64,000 nucleotides of DNA from Acidimicrobiia bacterium (GTDB taxonomy: Bacteria > Actinomycetota > Acidimicrobiia > Spongiisociales > ZC4RG35): positions 224,001 to 288,000 of the forward strand of contig OZ244034.1 of the NCBI GenBank assembly GCA_965215185.1, in the 5' to 3' direction. Of this stretch, positions 29,316 to 38,416 are shown in pieces. The notes under the pieces are model-generated. The model searched no databases. It saw nothing but the letters and a program-made list of their open reading frames with translations, and was not told the origin of the DNA. The position numbers were made by a program, and so were the translations under genes. Each line of letters starts with the position of its first letter. Positions within the stretch are counted from its first letter, which is position 1.

Positions 29316-29772
29316 GAGCGGCCTCCTCCATGAGGGCTTGATTCAGATCGCTCAGCAAAGCCCCTAGAGCGCGGGCCGCGTCAGGGCGGAAGGTCTTCGC
29401 AGCCCGCAGGTGTACAGCAGCGATCTCCTGGGGGCGCGCCAGAGCCTGGTAGAGGTCGCCGACGATGCCTGCGATCCGTTCCGCGGCTTCAGGGGGGAGG
29501 TTGCGGTCTGCACGCAGGTGCTCAGCGATTACATCGGGGGTCGCAGTTGCCTTCTGCTGAATTTCAAAGAATTGATTGATATCGGCGCCGCACCACTCGA
29601 CAAGGCGCTTGAATTTAGGAAGGTCTGGTACGTGTCCCTTCTCGACCCGTGCCAGAGTATTGAAGGGGATTCCTAGGGCAAAAGCGGCTTCTCGGAGGCT
29701 CATCCCTCTCCGGTTTCGCTCGGCTAGGACAAGGCGGCCTAGGTCGCTGAGTTCAAGCTTGCCTGCGTTCAT
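29293..29772 (-). CDS. XRE-family HTH regulator (CapH-like) with a C-terminal extension
   Basis: MSLREAAFALGIPFNTLARVEKG; overlaps the peptidase start; divergent from the Ubl operon. Confidence 0.85.
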   Translation of the reverse strand: MNAGKLELSDLGRLVLAERNRRGMSLREAAFALGIPFNTLARVEKGHVPDLPKFKRLVEWCGADINQFFEIQQKATATPDVIAEHLRADRNLPPEAAERIAGIVGDLYQALARPQEIAAVHLRAAKTFRPDAARALGALLSDLNQALMEEAAHGPAQRV

Positions 29773-29837
29773 CCATTTTGCCCCTTGTGCGTATACTGGT
29801 ACAGTGTACTGATAGTGATCGACAAGGCGTCGGTCAC

Positions 29838-29875
29838 AGTACCGCAAATGGTACTTTGAAGGTTCTTTGGAACCT
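29838..29875. promoter_or_regulatory. Candidate operator palindromes in the divergent promoter region
   Basis: AGTACC-N6-GGTACT (29838-55) and GGTTC-N4-GAACC (about 29862-75). Confidence 0.4.
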
Positions 29876-29892
29876 AGAAAGGAGTCTGGACA

Positions 29893-30162
29893 ATGGTTGC
29901 AGACAAAGACAAAGTCACGATTGTCGTGAACGGGAGAAAGAGGGTAGTCCCTTCAAAAGATCTCTCCTCTGATGGAGAGATCTCCTTCAAGCGGGTCGTT
30001 AGCCTAGCGTTCGACCCACCGCCCTTCGGTCCATACATCGTGTTCACGGTGAGTTACCGGAACAGTGCGGGGAGGCCGCCAGACGGAAGGCTGATTGCGG
30101 GCCAGAGTGTGAAGATCCAGGACGGGACTGTTTTCAATGTCTCTTTCACTGATAAGTCGTAG
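29893..30162 (+). CDS. Multi-ubiquitin-domain (Ubl) protein
   Basis: RBS AGGAG; TIVVNGRK..ISFKRVVSLAF..FTVSY..LIAGQSVKIQDGTVFNVSFTDKS. Confidence 0.85.
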   Translation: MVADKDKVTIVVNGRKRVVPSKDLSSDGEISFKRVVSLAFDPPPFGPYIVFTVSYRNSAGRPPDGRLIAGQSVKIQDGTVFNVSFTDKS

Positions 30163-31309
30163 CGCCGACCTCAAGCTCCTTGAAGACGAGGGCTACGAAG
30201 TGGAGGTGCGCTCCGACTACCTGCTCTTGAACTCCATCCCCTACGTCACCGAAGCCAGAGCCATCAGGTACGGGACTCTCGTTTCTGAGTTGAGCTTGAC
30301 GGTAGACGCCACCACGATGCCGAGCACGCATGTCGTGATGTTCGCCGGAGAGATGCCTTGCGACCCAAAAGGGCGCCCTTTGACCCAGATCAGTCACTCC
30401 AGTGATAGGCAGGAGCTTGCTGAAGGCTTAGTCGTGAACTACAGCTTCTCAAGCAAACCGCCTGGAGGCTATGCGGACTACTACCAGAAGATGACCACCT
30501 ACGAGGCCATCATTTCCGGGCCAGCCCAGTCGATTGACGCGAGTGTCACCGCTCGAACCTTTTCTGTGGTCGAGGCTCAGGACGAGGACTCCGTGTTCAA
30601 GTACATGGATACAGCGTCGACCCGTGCCCGAATCGGCCCCATAACTGGAAAGCTAAAGATCGGCGCGGTAGCAATCATAGGGCTGGGGGGGACAGGTTCA
30701 TACATACTCGACCTGGTGGCGAAGACACCGGTGAGGGAAATCCACCTGTTCGATGGCGACAAGTTTGGACAGCACAACGCCTTCCGGTCGCCAGGAGCGC
30801 CGTCCATCGAAACGCTGAAGGCCGCACCACAGAAAGCCTCTCATTACAGAGACATTTACTCCGAGATGCGGCGCAACATCGTCGCCCACGGATACGTGGA
30901 TGAATCAGTGGTGGAGCGCCTGCGGGCTATGGACTTCGTCTTCATAGCGGTCGATAAGGGTCGCCCCAGGAGGCTCGTAGTGGAGAAACTGGAGGAATTC
31001 GGCGTGCCGTTCATAGACGTTGGGATGGGCGTGGACGAAGTTGAGGGTTCGCTGCTGGGCCAATTGAGAGTGACTGCGAGCACGGACCGGTCTCGTGACC
31101 AAGTGCGCTCGACACTCCCTATTTCAGACCGCGACGACGAAGACGACTACTCCCGCAACATTCAGATCGCTGATCTCAACGCACTGAACGCGGCTCTGGC
31201 CGTGATCAAGTGGAAGAAACTTTGCGGATTCTATGCCGACCTTGAGAAGGAGCACACGAGCTTGTACCAGATTGACGGCAACTACCTGATCAACGAGGAC
31301 AAGGTGTGA
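30137..31309 (+). CDS. E2-like (DUF6791) + ThiF/E1 adenylyltransferase fusion
   Basis: N-terminal HVVMFAGEMPCD; GLGGTGSYILD, FDGD..HNAFR, DFVFIAVD, IDVGMG, NIQIADLNALNA. Confidence 0.88.
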   Translation: MSLSLISRSADLKLLEDEGYEVEVRSDYLLLNSIPYVTEARAIRYGTLVSELSLTVDATTMPSTHVVMFAGEMPCDPKGRPLTQISHSSDRQELAEGLVVNYSFSSKPPGGYADYYQKMTTYEAIISGPAQSIDASVTARTFSVVEAQDEDSVFKYMDTASTRARIGPITGKLKIGAVAIIGLGGTGSYILDLVAKTPVREIHLFDGDKFGQHNAFRSPGAPSIETLKAAPQKASHYRDIYSEMRRNIVAHGYVDESVVERLRAMDFVFIAVDKGRPRRLVVEKLEEFGVPFIDVGMGVDEVEGSLLGQLRVTASTDRSRDQVRSTLPISDRDDEDDYSRNIQIADLNALNAALAVIKWKKLCGFYADLEKEHTSLYQIDGNYLINEDKV

Positions 31310-31710
31310 CTCGAATCAACACGCTCCGACACGAGTTTGTTGAATACATCCCAGATGCAGTGAATGAGGGCGTGTTGTACGTGTCCATGCCCTTCGCCAC
31401 AGTCGTGCACCGGTGTTGCTGTAGGTGTGGAAGCGAGGTGGTGACACCGCTGGATCCCAGCGACTGGGAGATGACGTTCGACGGGAAGTCCATCTCCCTC
31501 TACCCGTCGATTGGAAACTGGAGCCTAGCCTGCCAATCCCACTATTGGATCCATCGCAACCAGGTCCGGTGGGCTCGACGCCTCTCGACATTTGAAATCA
31601 AGAAAGGCCGAGCCATCGACCGTATTAAGAAGGCATGGCTCCCCGGCTGTAAGTGGCAGTCTCTTTGGCGGGTGTTATCCAGGCGGTTCAGGCGAATGAC
31701 TAGGGGCTAG
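31306..31710 (+). CDS. DUF6527-family Cys/His-rich protein
   Basis: FVEYIP, HRCCCRCG, TPL, SLYPSIGNW, CQSHYWI; GTGA overlap with the ThiF gene. Confidence 0.85.
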   Translation: MTRINTLRHEFVEYIPDAVNEGVLYVSMPFATVVHRCCCRCGSEVVTPLDPSDWEMTFDGKSISLYPSIGNWSLACQSHYWIHRNQVRWARRLSTFEIKKGRAIDRIKKAWLPGCKWQSLWRVLSRRFRRMTRG

Positions 31711-31752
31711 ACAGCATGGGTTATTTCTTTAGAGACTCTGTTCGGCTGTTGG

Positions 31753-31789
31753 CGATCACTGAAATTCGCTCATAATGGATGGTGCCCCG
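31753..31789 (+). repeat. Imperfect direct repeat of about 37 bp, second copy at 57177-57212
   Basis: CGATCACTGAAAT(T/C)C(G/A)CTCAT..TGG.TG(G)TGCCCCG. Confidence 0.7.
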
Positions 31790-32067
31790 TTTTACGGGGC
31801 CGCCCTACCATGATGGGGGGTGACCCGTAGACCGGGGAGCGATCTGACCCAATTGAAATCTGGCGTATGAGCGTCTTTAGGGGATCTATCGGCCTGTCCC
31901 CCAAGTAGGGCGAGGTGGGCGGTTTCCAAGGGGCGCTGGGTGGCCGAGAGGACCTTACCAACCCTGCCGGATAGTTAGGCGCCCAGCCTCGGTGAAACGA
32001 ACGCTGACGGTACAGCCCTCGTCGGTCCCTGAGGACGCTCAGTCCTCGACCAGTGACCACACCCGTT

Positions 32068-32310
32068 TCAAGGGAAGATCCCCGCTCGCAAATCGTCGCT
32101 GAGGCTGTGATAGTTGCGTAGCACAGCGTCGATCAGTTGGTCAACTCCCACTCGGACACGGAAGAACTGGCTTCGCATCTCTTGACGTGCGGGCTTGGTC
32201 ACTCCCACCCCAAGCGACCAGCAGTCTTGAACAGCAGCCTGGGCACTGAGCACGCCGTTAAGTTCTCGAACTACCTTGACATCAACGGGAGATGGACTGG
32301 ACTTGACGGC
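32068..32310 (-). pseudogene. C-terminal remnant of an Mrr-like restriction endonuclease
   Basis: VKSSPSPVDVKVVRELNGVL, frameshifted LLVAWGG, TKPARQE.RSQFFRVRV..DQLIDAVLRNY. Confidence 0.65.
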
Positions 32311-32448
32311 GGCGCAAGTCGTAATTATCAGCCTTGGCGTAACAGACCAAGAACCCGTGTTTCCAGAGGGTCCCCAAATGCGGAGACCCCTGGGAACCGC
32401 TACATCTCCCCAGGTTAGAGGTGGTGGCTAACACTCCACCCACTTCAA

Positions 32449-32655
32449 CTAGATCCTCCTCTCCATCGGAAGTCGAGGTGTCTCTGTCCTTTCTAAACGG
32501 CCACCTTCTGCTCCTGGCGGAGGCAACTGTGGGGACTTTGGAGTCCGGTATACGAGAATCTTTCCGGCAGGACCTAGCTTCTCTGGCGAGAAAGACTTCA
32601 AGTGCTCTTCTGCCTTTTGCGCTCTCGTAACGAGCCATTTGCCGCGATTCGCCAT
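32449..32655 (-). CDS. Small hypothetical protein downstream of the dCTP deaminase
   Basis: 68 aa; RBS AAGGAG 8 nt before the ATG; same strand as the deaminase. Confidence 0.5.
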   Translation of the reverse strand: MANRGKWLVTRAQKAEEHLKSFSPEKLGPAGKILVYRTPKSPQLPPPGAEGGRLERTETPRLPMERRI

Positions 32656-32766
32656 TACTCTGACTCCTTTTGATTGTCAGTGTTGTCGGGTAGTGTGACA
32701 TTAATTGATGCCTTGCTCTTGCGTCTATTTTTGGAAGACGCTCGTAGCGTAGTGAGCGAAAAAATC

Positions 32767-34458
32767 TCAGCCCACCTTGTCTGATAGTTCATCCTGAGTT
32801 GTCCATGGATCCGCTCGGGCGTCCCTCTCTTCAGTTGCGGCGGCGACAGCATCCGTGGCCGAATGCTCAATAAGAACCTTGACCACCCTCAAGATTGCAG
32901 CAACGGCTGCTGATTCACGTTCCTCAATTCCGACTTCACTCCATCCCGCAGTCCGAGGGCAGGCGGTTCTTCTGTCAAACGTAACCAAGTGGGCACCCTC
33001 ACGTCGCTCCTCAGCTGTAAAGGCTCGCGAATATCGGCGAGGTGCTATTCCGAGGAACTGGCGGAATGGCACCTTGCCTCCTGCTAGACCCTCCTCTGCG
33101 GAGATAGTTGGCGAAGTCTCGATCATGTCTCGGTAGAGGAGGGCCACAAGGCTTTTCGGGTATGGCTCAATGTAGTGAACTGCAATGACTCCTGCGCCGA
33201 TAATCAACTTGGCGCACTCATGGCAGGGGAAAGTAGTGCTGAAGAGGACAGCGCCCTCTGTGCTAATTCCGGATCGTGCGGCGTTCACGATAGCAGCCTG
33301 TTCCGCGTGCAGGCAACGGGTGAACTCGATCAACGCGTTAATACGGGCCCCCATCAGGAGTGAAGAGCCGGAAATATCAGGCTCATTCGCTTTGATTAGA
33401 AGATCTGAGCCGCTTAGCCCTGCGAATTTCTCCGCCAACCAATGCCGTTCCTGCAGCCGTTCGAGTAACTCCTGAACGACTCGCCGAATGTAGATCGGAT
33501 TAGGGTCCTCTCCCGTCTGAAAATCCCGATAGTCAGGTTCGTCCTCCGTCCAATACTGGCCACCTCCCGGCTTGGGTACTTCATTCGTTCCGGCCACGAC
33601 AGGGGTGCCGATCTTTGGAATGAGTGCTGCGCCGACCTGGCGTCCCGCAGATGCAGAACGCAAAGCTGCGTCTTGAGCGAATCGCATTCCCTCCTCACGG
33701 AACGTAGGAGTAAGGAAGGGATGACCGAAAATGGAATCGACAAACCTGTCAACATCCTTCTGGACGTCTATCCCTCTAGTGGCTGGGATGAACACATCGG
33801 CCATTGAGTAGGTGTCTCGTACGTTCTGGCCAAACTCTAGGTCATCGCGATCCGATTCATCCCTCGCGATCAGACGATCCGCTTCCTCTCGGGTCCTTTC
33901 GAGCGGCGCTAAAGAGTCCATAAGGGCTTCGCTACGCTCTTTAACGCCACAAGCGACTCCCACTAGCGAGAATGCTTCGCCATAAACATGGCGAAGCAAT
34001 TTGGCCTCGTCGGGATGTTTGAGACTCCTGAGCAGAAAGCAGGTCGTGATACTGTCATCAGGTTCGGAGGGCATCTTCGCGATGGCGAGTGCTGCCAACG
34101 CTGCTCCGTTCCCGACTTTAGCCCTTAGCTTGTCGCATGCATCCATTCTCCTTGCGTAATAATCCCGGGAGTCCCGACCAGGCAGTTCTCCCAACAGCTT
34201 GAGATCAAGGTCATCAATCAAACTGGCCAAGTGGATCACCTTCGAGGTGTAGTTGAATTTCTGCATTGACACATCAAACGCTTGCAGGATCGGATCCAAA
34301 GGCGTACCGATTGCTGCGACGAAGCCCAGCACCAAAGGGTGCCTCTGAGGCTCCCTGTTGACTAGCTCGGTGAGAGCCAGACGCGCTGATTCCACCTCCG
34401 AGTCTTCGGCTGCGTCTACCTCTCTCAATTCAGAGCCTTTCACCATAACTTCGATCAT
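32767..34458 (-). CDS. Anti-phage dCTP/dCMP deaminase (P-loop kinase-like + deaminase; AvcD-like)
   Basis: GFVAAIGT, LRSLKHPDE, GQNVRDTY..AD, RQVGAA, NEVPKPGGG, HAE, FPCHEC, YIEPYPKS, FLGIAPRRY. Confidence 0.92.
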   Translation of the reverse strand: MIEVMVKGSELREVDAAEDSEVESARLALTELVNREPQRHPLVLGFVAAIGTPLDPILQAFDVSMQKFNYTSKVIHLASLIDDLDLKLLGELPGRDSRDYYARRMDACDKLRAKVGNGAALAALAIAKMPSEPDDSITTCFLLRSLKHPDEAKLLRHVYGEAFSLVGVACGVKERSEALMDSLAPLERTREEADRLIARDESDRDDLEFGQNVRDTYSMADVFIPATRGIDVQKDVDRFVDSIFGHPFLTPTFREEGMRFAQDAALRSASAGRQVGAALIPKIGTPVVAGTNEVPKPGGGQYWTEDEPDYRDFQTGEDPNPIYIRRVVQELLERLQERHWLAEKFAGLSGSDLLIKANEPDISGSSLLMGARINALIEFTRCLHAEQAAIVNAARSGISTEGAVLFSTTFPCHECAKLIIGAGVIAVHYIEPYPKSLVALLYRDMIETSPTISAEEGLAGGKVPFRQFLGIAPRRYSRAFTAEERREGAHLVTFDRRTACPRTAGWSEVGIEERESAAVAAILRVVKVLIEHSATDAVAAATEERDARADPWTTQDELSDKVG

Positions 34459-34520
34459 AACTCTTCTTGCCGTGGTCAGAACGGTATCGTCGACCGAGCT
34501 TATTGTTCTGTGTATCCGCT

Positions 34521-34630
34521 GATGTTCTTCCCACAGAGGTGTGGGTTACAGGTCGGGTAATGGGTGTTTGGCCTCCGAGTGAGCTGTGTGGTCGGTGGTG
34601 ATTGGAGGTGTGGAGGAACTCGATTAAGGA
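34521..34630 (-). pseudogene. IS481-family transposase 3' remnant
   Basis: FLHTSNHHRPHSSLGGQTPITR. Confidence 0.55.
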
Positions 34631-34655
34631 GGTTCCCAAGAGCATGCACATTTGA

Positions 34656-35287
34656 TCACGTTTCCAGGTAGCGAGCCCACTTTTCCATGATCGGTCGTCG
34701 TGCTTCGAGGAGATCGCTTCTGGCGTAGGCGCCTTCTACGCCTCCCACGATGTGCGCCAATGCCGCCTCGGCTATCTCGCGAGGTACTCCCGAGGCTCTA
34801 CACCAGTCACGGAAGGATGATCGCATCCCGTGTGGAAACGGCATCGATTCCGTTTTCCCGAACCAGTTTGGAGATCGTTGAGTTGGATAGCGGCTTTCCT
34901 GTGGGTGATGGGAATACCAAACCCGTTGCGCCCGTGAGGTCGGCAGCATCGTCGATGATGTGTCGTGCCGGCCTGCTTAGGGGCACCCGATGCGGGCGAC
35001 CCGTTTTGGTCCGGTCGCCAGGAATCTCCCATGTGTCCGTGGTGAGGTCGATCTCGTCCCATGTGGCGTTTCGGACTTCGCCGCTTCTTGTTGCTGTCAG
35101 AGTAAGGATTTTGAAGGCGGCGATGGTTGCCCAATGAGCGTTCGACGCTTTTGATGGCAGCGCCGACGTTGCTGTGGTGCAGGGCTCGCATGTGATTCCG
35201 TCGGGTGCTGTTCTTGCCTAACCCGGCGAGAATGGCCGCGCTGGGATCCGACTCCAAGAAACCCTCCGCGATCGCCCACTTCATGAT
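34656..35287 (-). pseudogene. C-terminal remnant of a P4-type integrase (paralog of 57901-59055)
   Basis: Near-identical DNA to 57901-58537 with frameshifts; HGMRSSFRDW, AYARSDLLE. Confidence 0.92.
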
Positions 35288-35375
35288 CGCGTCGGAGTTG
35301 GTGGTTCAGCTAGTGCAGCCTTGGCCTTCGCCGTCACGGTCTCGAAATGATTAAACTACTGAAACCTCCCAGTAG

Positions 35376-36323
35376 ATGCAGAAACTTCACATCATTCTCT
35401 CGTGCACCGCCCGCAAGCGTGGGTCAGAGCCTGGGTACCCGCGGTTGCGTAGTGTGGGCCGGGCACCCGTATCGGACCGCGTCGAACAGTGGGCAGCCCT
35501 TGTCTCAGCGGCTTCCCGTTGGTACGTCGCGGCCGACTTGTACGCTGGGGAGTACTGGCAGACTGGAATGGAACTTGCATCTCGCGCCGCGTTGGCAGGG
35601 CAGATCAGTGTCTCCGTTGCTTCGGCTGGTCTCGGTCTCGTTGGCGTCCACGACGAAGTGCCCATATACGGAGCAACCTTCGCTGCTCGCCATCCCGACT
35701 CTGTGCTCGAAACCTTGAGTTCGGCAGCACCCAGCCAGGTGCGGCGTCAATGGTGGGACGAGTTGACGGGCGCCGAGGTCTTGGGTGGACACGGTCCCCA
35801 GCGTCTTGTTGAACTTGAGGAGCATGGATCAGGCACGGGCGTGATCGTATGCCTCGGACGAAGCTACCTCGATGCGGTGGCCACCGACTTGATAGCCTTC
35901 GTAGAGCGTCTCGCTGATCCCGAGCGGGTGATGGTCTTCGCTTCCGGTACGCCCCTGGCCGGGCTTGAGGAGTGCTGGGTGGCGGTCTCCGGAAGCCTGA
36001 GGCTCACCCTCGGTGGTTCGCTGTCCTCGACCAACGTCCGCGCGGCTATGGCCGTACTCGCAGAACTTGGCGCCTCGCCTCCCAATGTTGACAAGGCTCG
36101 TAGTATCGTGGCCACACTGAAGGCGACGGCGGGCGAACTTCCTTCCTTTGATCGGCGGCGGCAGAGCGACGAGGTCATTTTGGACTGGATTCTCGATCAC
36201 TTGGCGGAGGCGCCGAACCCGACCAAGACGGCGGCGCTTCGGTGCTTCCGGGACGGGGGCAATGCCTGCGAGCAGGCCCGGTTCGGCCGGCTCTTCGACG
36301 ATGCTTGGGAGAAGGCAACGTGA
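35376..36323 (+). CDS. DUF328/DUF6884 (YaaA-like) protein, probable DpdC counterpart
   Basis: ILSCTARK, AADLYAG, ASAGLGLV, PIYGATF motifs; first gene of the dpd cluster. Confidence 0.65.
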   Translation: MQKLHIILSCTARKRGSEPGYPRLRSVGRAPVSDRVEQWAALVSAASRWYVAADLYAGEYWQTGMELASRAALAGQISVSVASAGLGLVGVHDEVPIYGATFAARHPDSVLETLSSAAPSQVRRQWWDELTGAEVLGGHGPQRLVELEEHGSGTGVIVCLGRSYLDAVATDLIAFVERLADPERVMVFASGTPLAGLEECWVAVSGSLRLTLGGSLSSTNVRAAMAVLAELGASPPNVDKARSIVATLKATAGELPSFDRRRQSDEVILDWILDHLAEAPNPTKTAALRCFRDGGNACEQARFGRLFDDAWEKAT

Positions 36324-36330
36324 AGGTCCT

Positions 36331-37161
36331 ATGTCGTCGGGCACTCGTATCGAGCAGGCGAAGGCCGGACCTATGCACCTCTTTACGCTGCGCGCTGATG
36401 AGGTGTGTCAGGTAGCGGAGATCGTAAGGTTTCAACCGGAGCAATGGCGACGAGTTGGTCGACTATCAGCGCGCAGAGGTTAGAGACCACGTCCAGAACA
36501 TCCTCGAGTACTTGGACCGTGATGACGTGCTATTTCCCAATGCGCTGGTCCTCGGGATGAACGGTACGGTTCCGTTCCGTCGAAGCAGGGGTCCGGCCAA
36601 CGACGATGGCCTCACCAAGGTCGGCATGCTGGAGATCCCGATCGCTGAGCCGGCTACGTTTAAGCCCGCCTGGATAGTCGACGGACAGCAGAGGGCTCGC
36701 CGCTACGCGGACTCATCCGCCGCGCCTCGACCCACGAGGGTGGCGAGCAGTGATTACCGGCACGAGCATCGTTGAGATGCTGTGGGAGAGCCTTAACTCG
36801 CCATCGGGTTGTCTCTTCCCCTATCGGAGAACCTGGCCACCGGCGAAACGGATTTCGAGCCCATCTGGGAGATCCTCGTCGGATACTGGAGTGCTGATCG
36901 CGACGGGTTCCCTGAAGCATGGGGGAGAACTTCCCAGGAGAGCCACCTGATGCGCGGCGTCGGCATCCGCGCGCTGGTACGCTGGTGGACGAGGTGATGG
37001 GCTTACTAAGCGCTACCGAGACGAGCGTACGCGACCATGCGCCGCAGGCGATGGAGCGGATCGCTCCCCATTGCTGGAAAGACCTCGAGAACACAACCCG
37101 GACCCAGCGCCTGCTAGCCAACTACTTGATCCGAGTCTATTTCAATGTCGGGCAGGGGTGA
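36331..37161 (+). pseudogene. Degraded DGQHR-domain (DpdB/DndB-like) gene
   Basis: YQRAEVRDHV, FPNALV, WIVDGQQR, SHLMRGVGIRAL across several frames; internal deletion. Confidence 0.85.
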
Positions 37162-38408
37162 TGCAGTTCTACTTTCCCGACAGCCAAGACCAGGTGGACC
37201 CGAGTTTCGACTTCATCACAGAGCAGCGATCAATCCATCGCGTCCGCCAGAGAGACGATCGCTACGCTCATGAAGTCATCGACCCGCTACCCTACGATGG
37301 GCTGCTGATCTCCAAGCCTATCGTGGACGGCCTTCCCGGGGCGACGGCCAAGTACACGGGGGCCCAACGCAACCGGCTCCACCGGGAAGGCGCCAAGCGA
37401 TTCTTCCGGCTCGATCAGAGAGACGCCAATCTCAAGATCATGGGCGATTGTGGCGCGTTCACCTACGTGCGCGAGCACGAACCCGTGTACACCGTCGAGG
37501 AGGTCCTGGATTTCTACGAAGAGTGCGGCTTGGACCTTGGAATCGCGACGGATCATCTGATCTTCGGCTACGACTCTGAGTTGGATACGAAGAGCGCCGC
37601 AGACGTACCGGAGGACTGGAGGTTCCGTCAGGACCTCACCATTGAACTCGCAGCAGAGTTCCTGCAGTTGCACCGGGCACGCAGGTGCCGGTTCGAACCC
37701 ATAGCAGTGGCGCACGGTTGGAGCCCGTTATCCTACGCGAAGGCAGTGACGCAACTACAGGACATTGGGTACAGCCGGATTGCTCTTGGGGGGATGGTAC
37801 CGCTTAAGACCCCCGACATCCTCGATGCGCTCAAGGAGGTCTCGGTAGCGCTTGATCCAGCGGCGCAACTGCACCTTCTTGGTGTCACGCGCACTGCGCA
37901 CGTACAAGACTTTGCAGGGTTCGGTGTGACAAGCTTCGACAGCACATCCCCCTACCGTCAAGCCTTCAAGGACGAGACGGACAACTACCACACGCTGGAT
38001 GGCAGTTTCGTTGCCCTTCGCATCCCTCAAGTCGACGGCAACACCAGAATGCGCAGGCAGGTGGCCGCTGGCCTAGTCGATCAGAGGTCGGCTCGGCGGC
38101 TCGAACGCGATTGTCTCAGCCGGCTGCGAAGCTACGACAAAGGGGGCGCGGACGTGGAGAGTGTCCTCGACGCGATACATGGGTACGCGGAACTGCTCGG
38201 GACAAAAAAGGATCGGAGCATCGACTACCATCGAACGCTCGAGGCGAAGCCGTGGAGGCAATGCAGTTGCACGGTCTGCAGGGAGATCGGGGTCGAGGTG
38301 ATCATCTTTCGAGGGTCCGACCGGAATCGGCGACGAGGATTTCACAATCTCGCCGTGTTCTCCGAGAGACTGCGCCGGGAACTCGACCGGGCCGACGGGA
38401 GGAGTTAG
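37161..38408 (+). CDS. dpdA: tRNA-guanine transglycosylase-like DNA base-exchange enzyme DpdA
   Basis: MQFYFPDSQD, MGDCGAFTY, DHLI, IALGGMVPLK, HLLGVTR, SFDSTSP, C.C..C..H zinc site, RRRGFHN. Confidence 0.92.
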   Translation: MQFYFPDSQDQVDPSFDFITEQRSIHRVRQRDDRYAHEVIDPLPYDGLLISKPIVDGLPGATAKYTGAQRNRLHREGAKRFFRLDQRDANLKIMGDCGAFTYVREHEPVYTVEEVLDFYEECGLDLGIATDHLIFGYDSELDTKSAADVPEDWRFRQDLTIELAAEFLQLHRARRCRFEPIAVAHGWSPLSYAKAVTQLQDIGYSRIALGGMVPLKTPDILDALKEVSVALDPAAQLHLLGVTRTAHVQDFAGFGVTSFDSTSPYRQAFKDETDNYHTLDGSFVALRIPQVDGNTRMRRQVAAGLVDQRSARRLERDCLSRLRSYDKGGADVESVLDAIHGYAELLGTKKDRSIDYHRTLEAKPWRQCSCTVCREIGVEVIIFRGSDRNRRRGFHNLAVFSERLRRELDRADGRS

Positions 38409-38416
38409 TTGGCACC

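Noticed and set aside
35376-36323. Completely novel gene in the dpd cluster
   Set aside because: Motifs fit the DUF328/DUF6884 group, so it is most simply a DpdC counterpart
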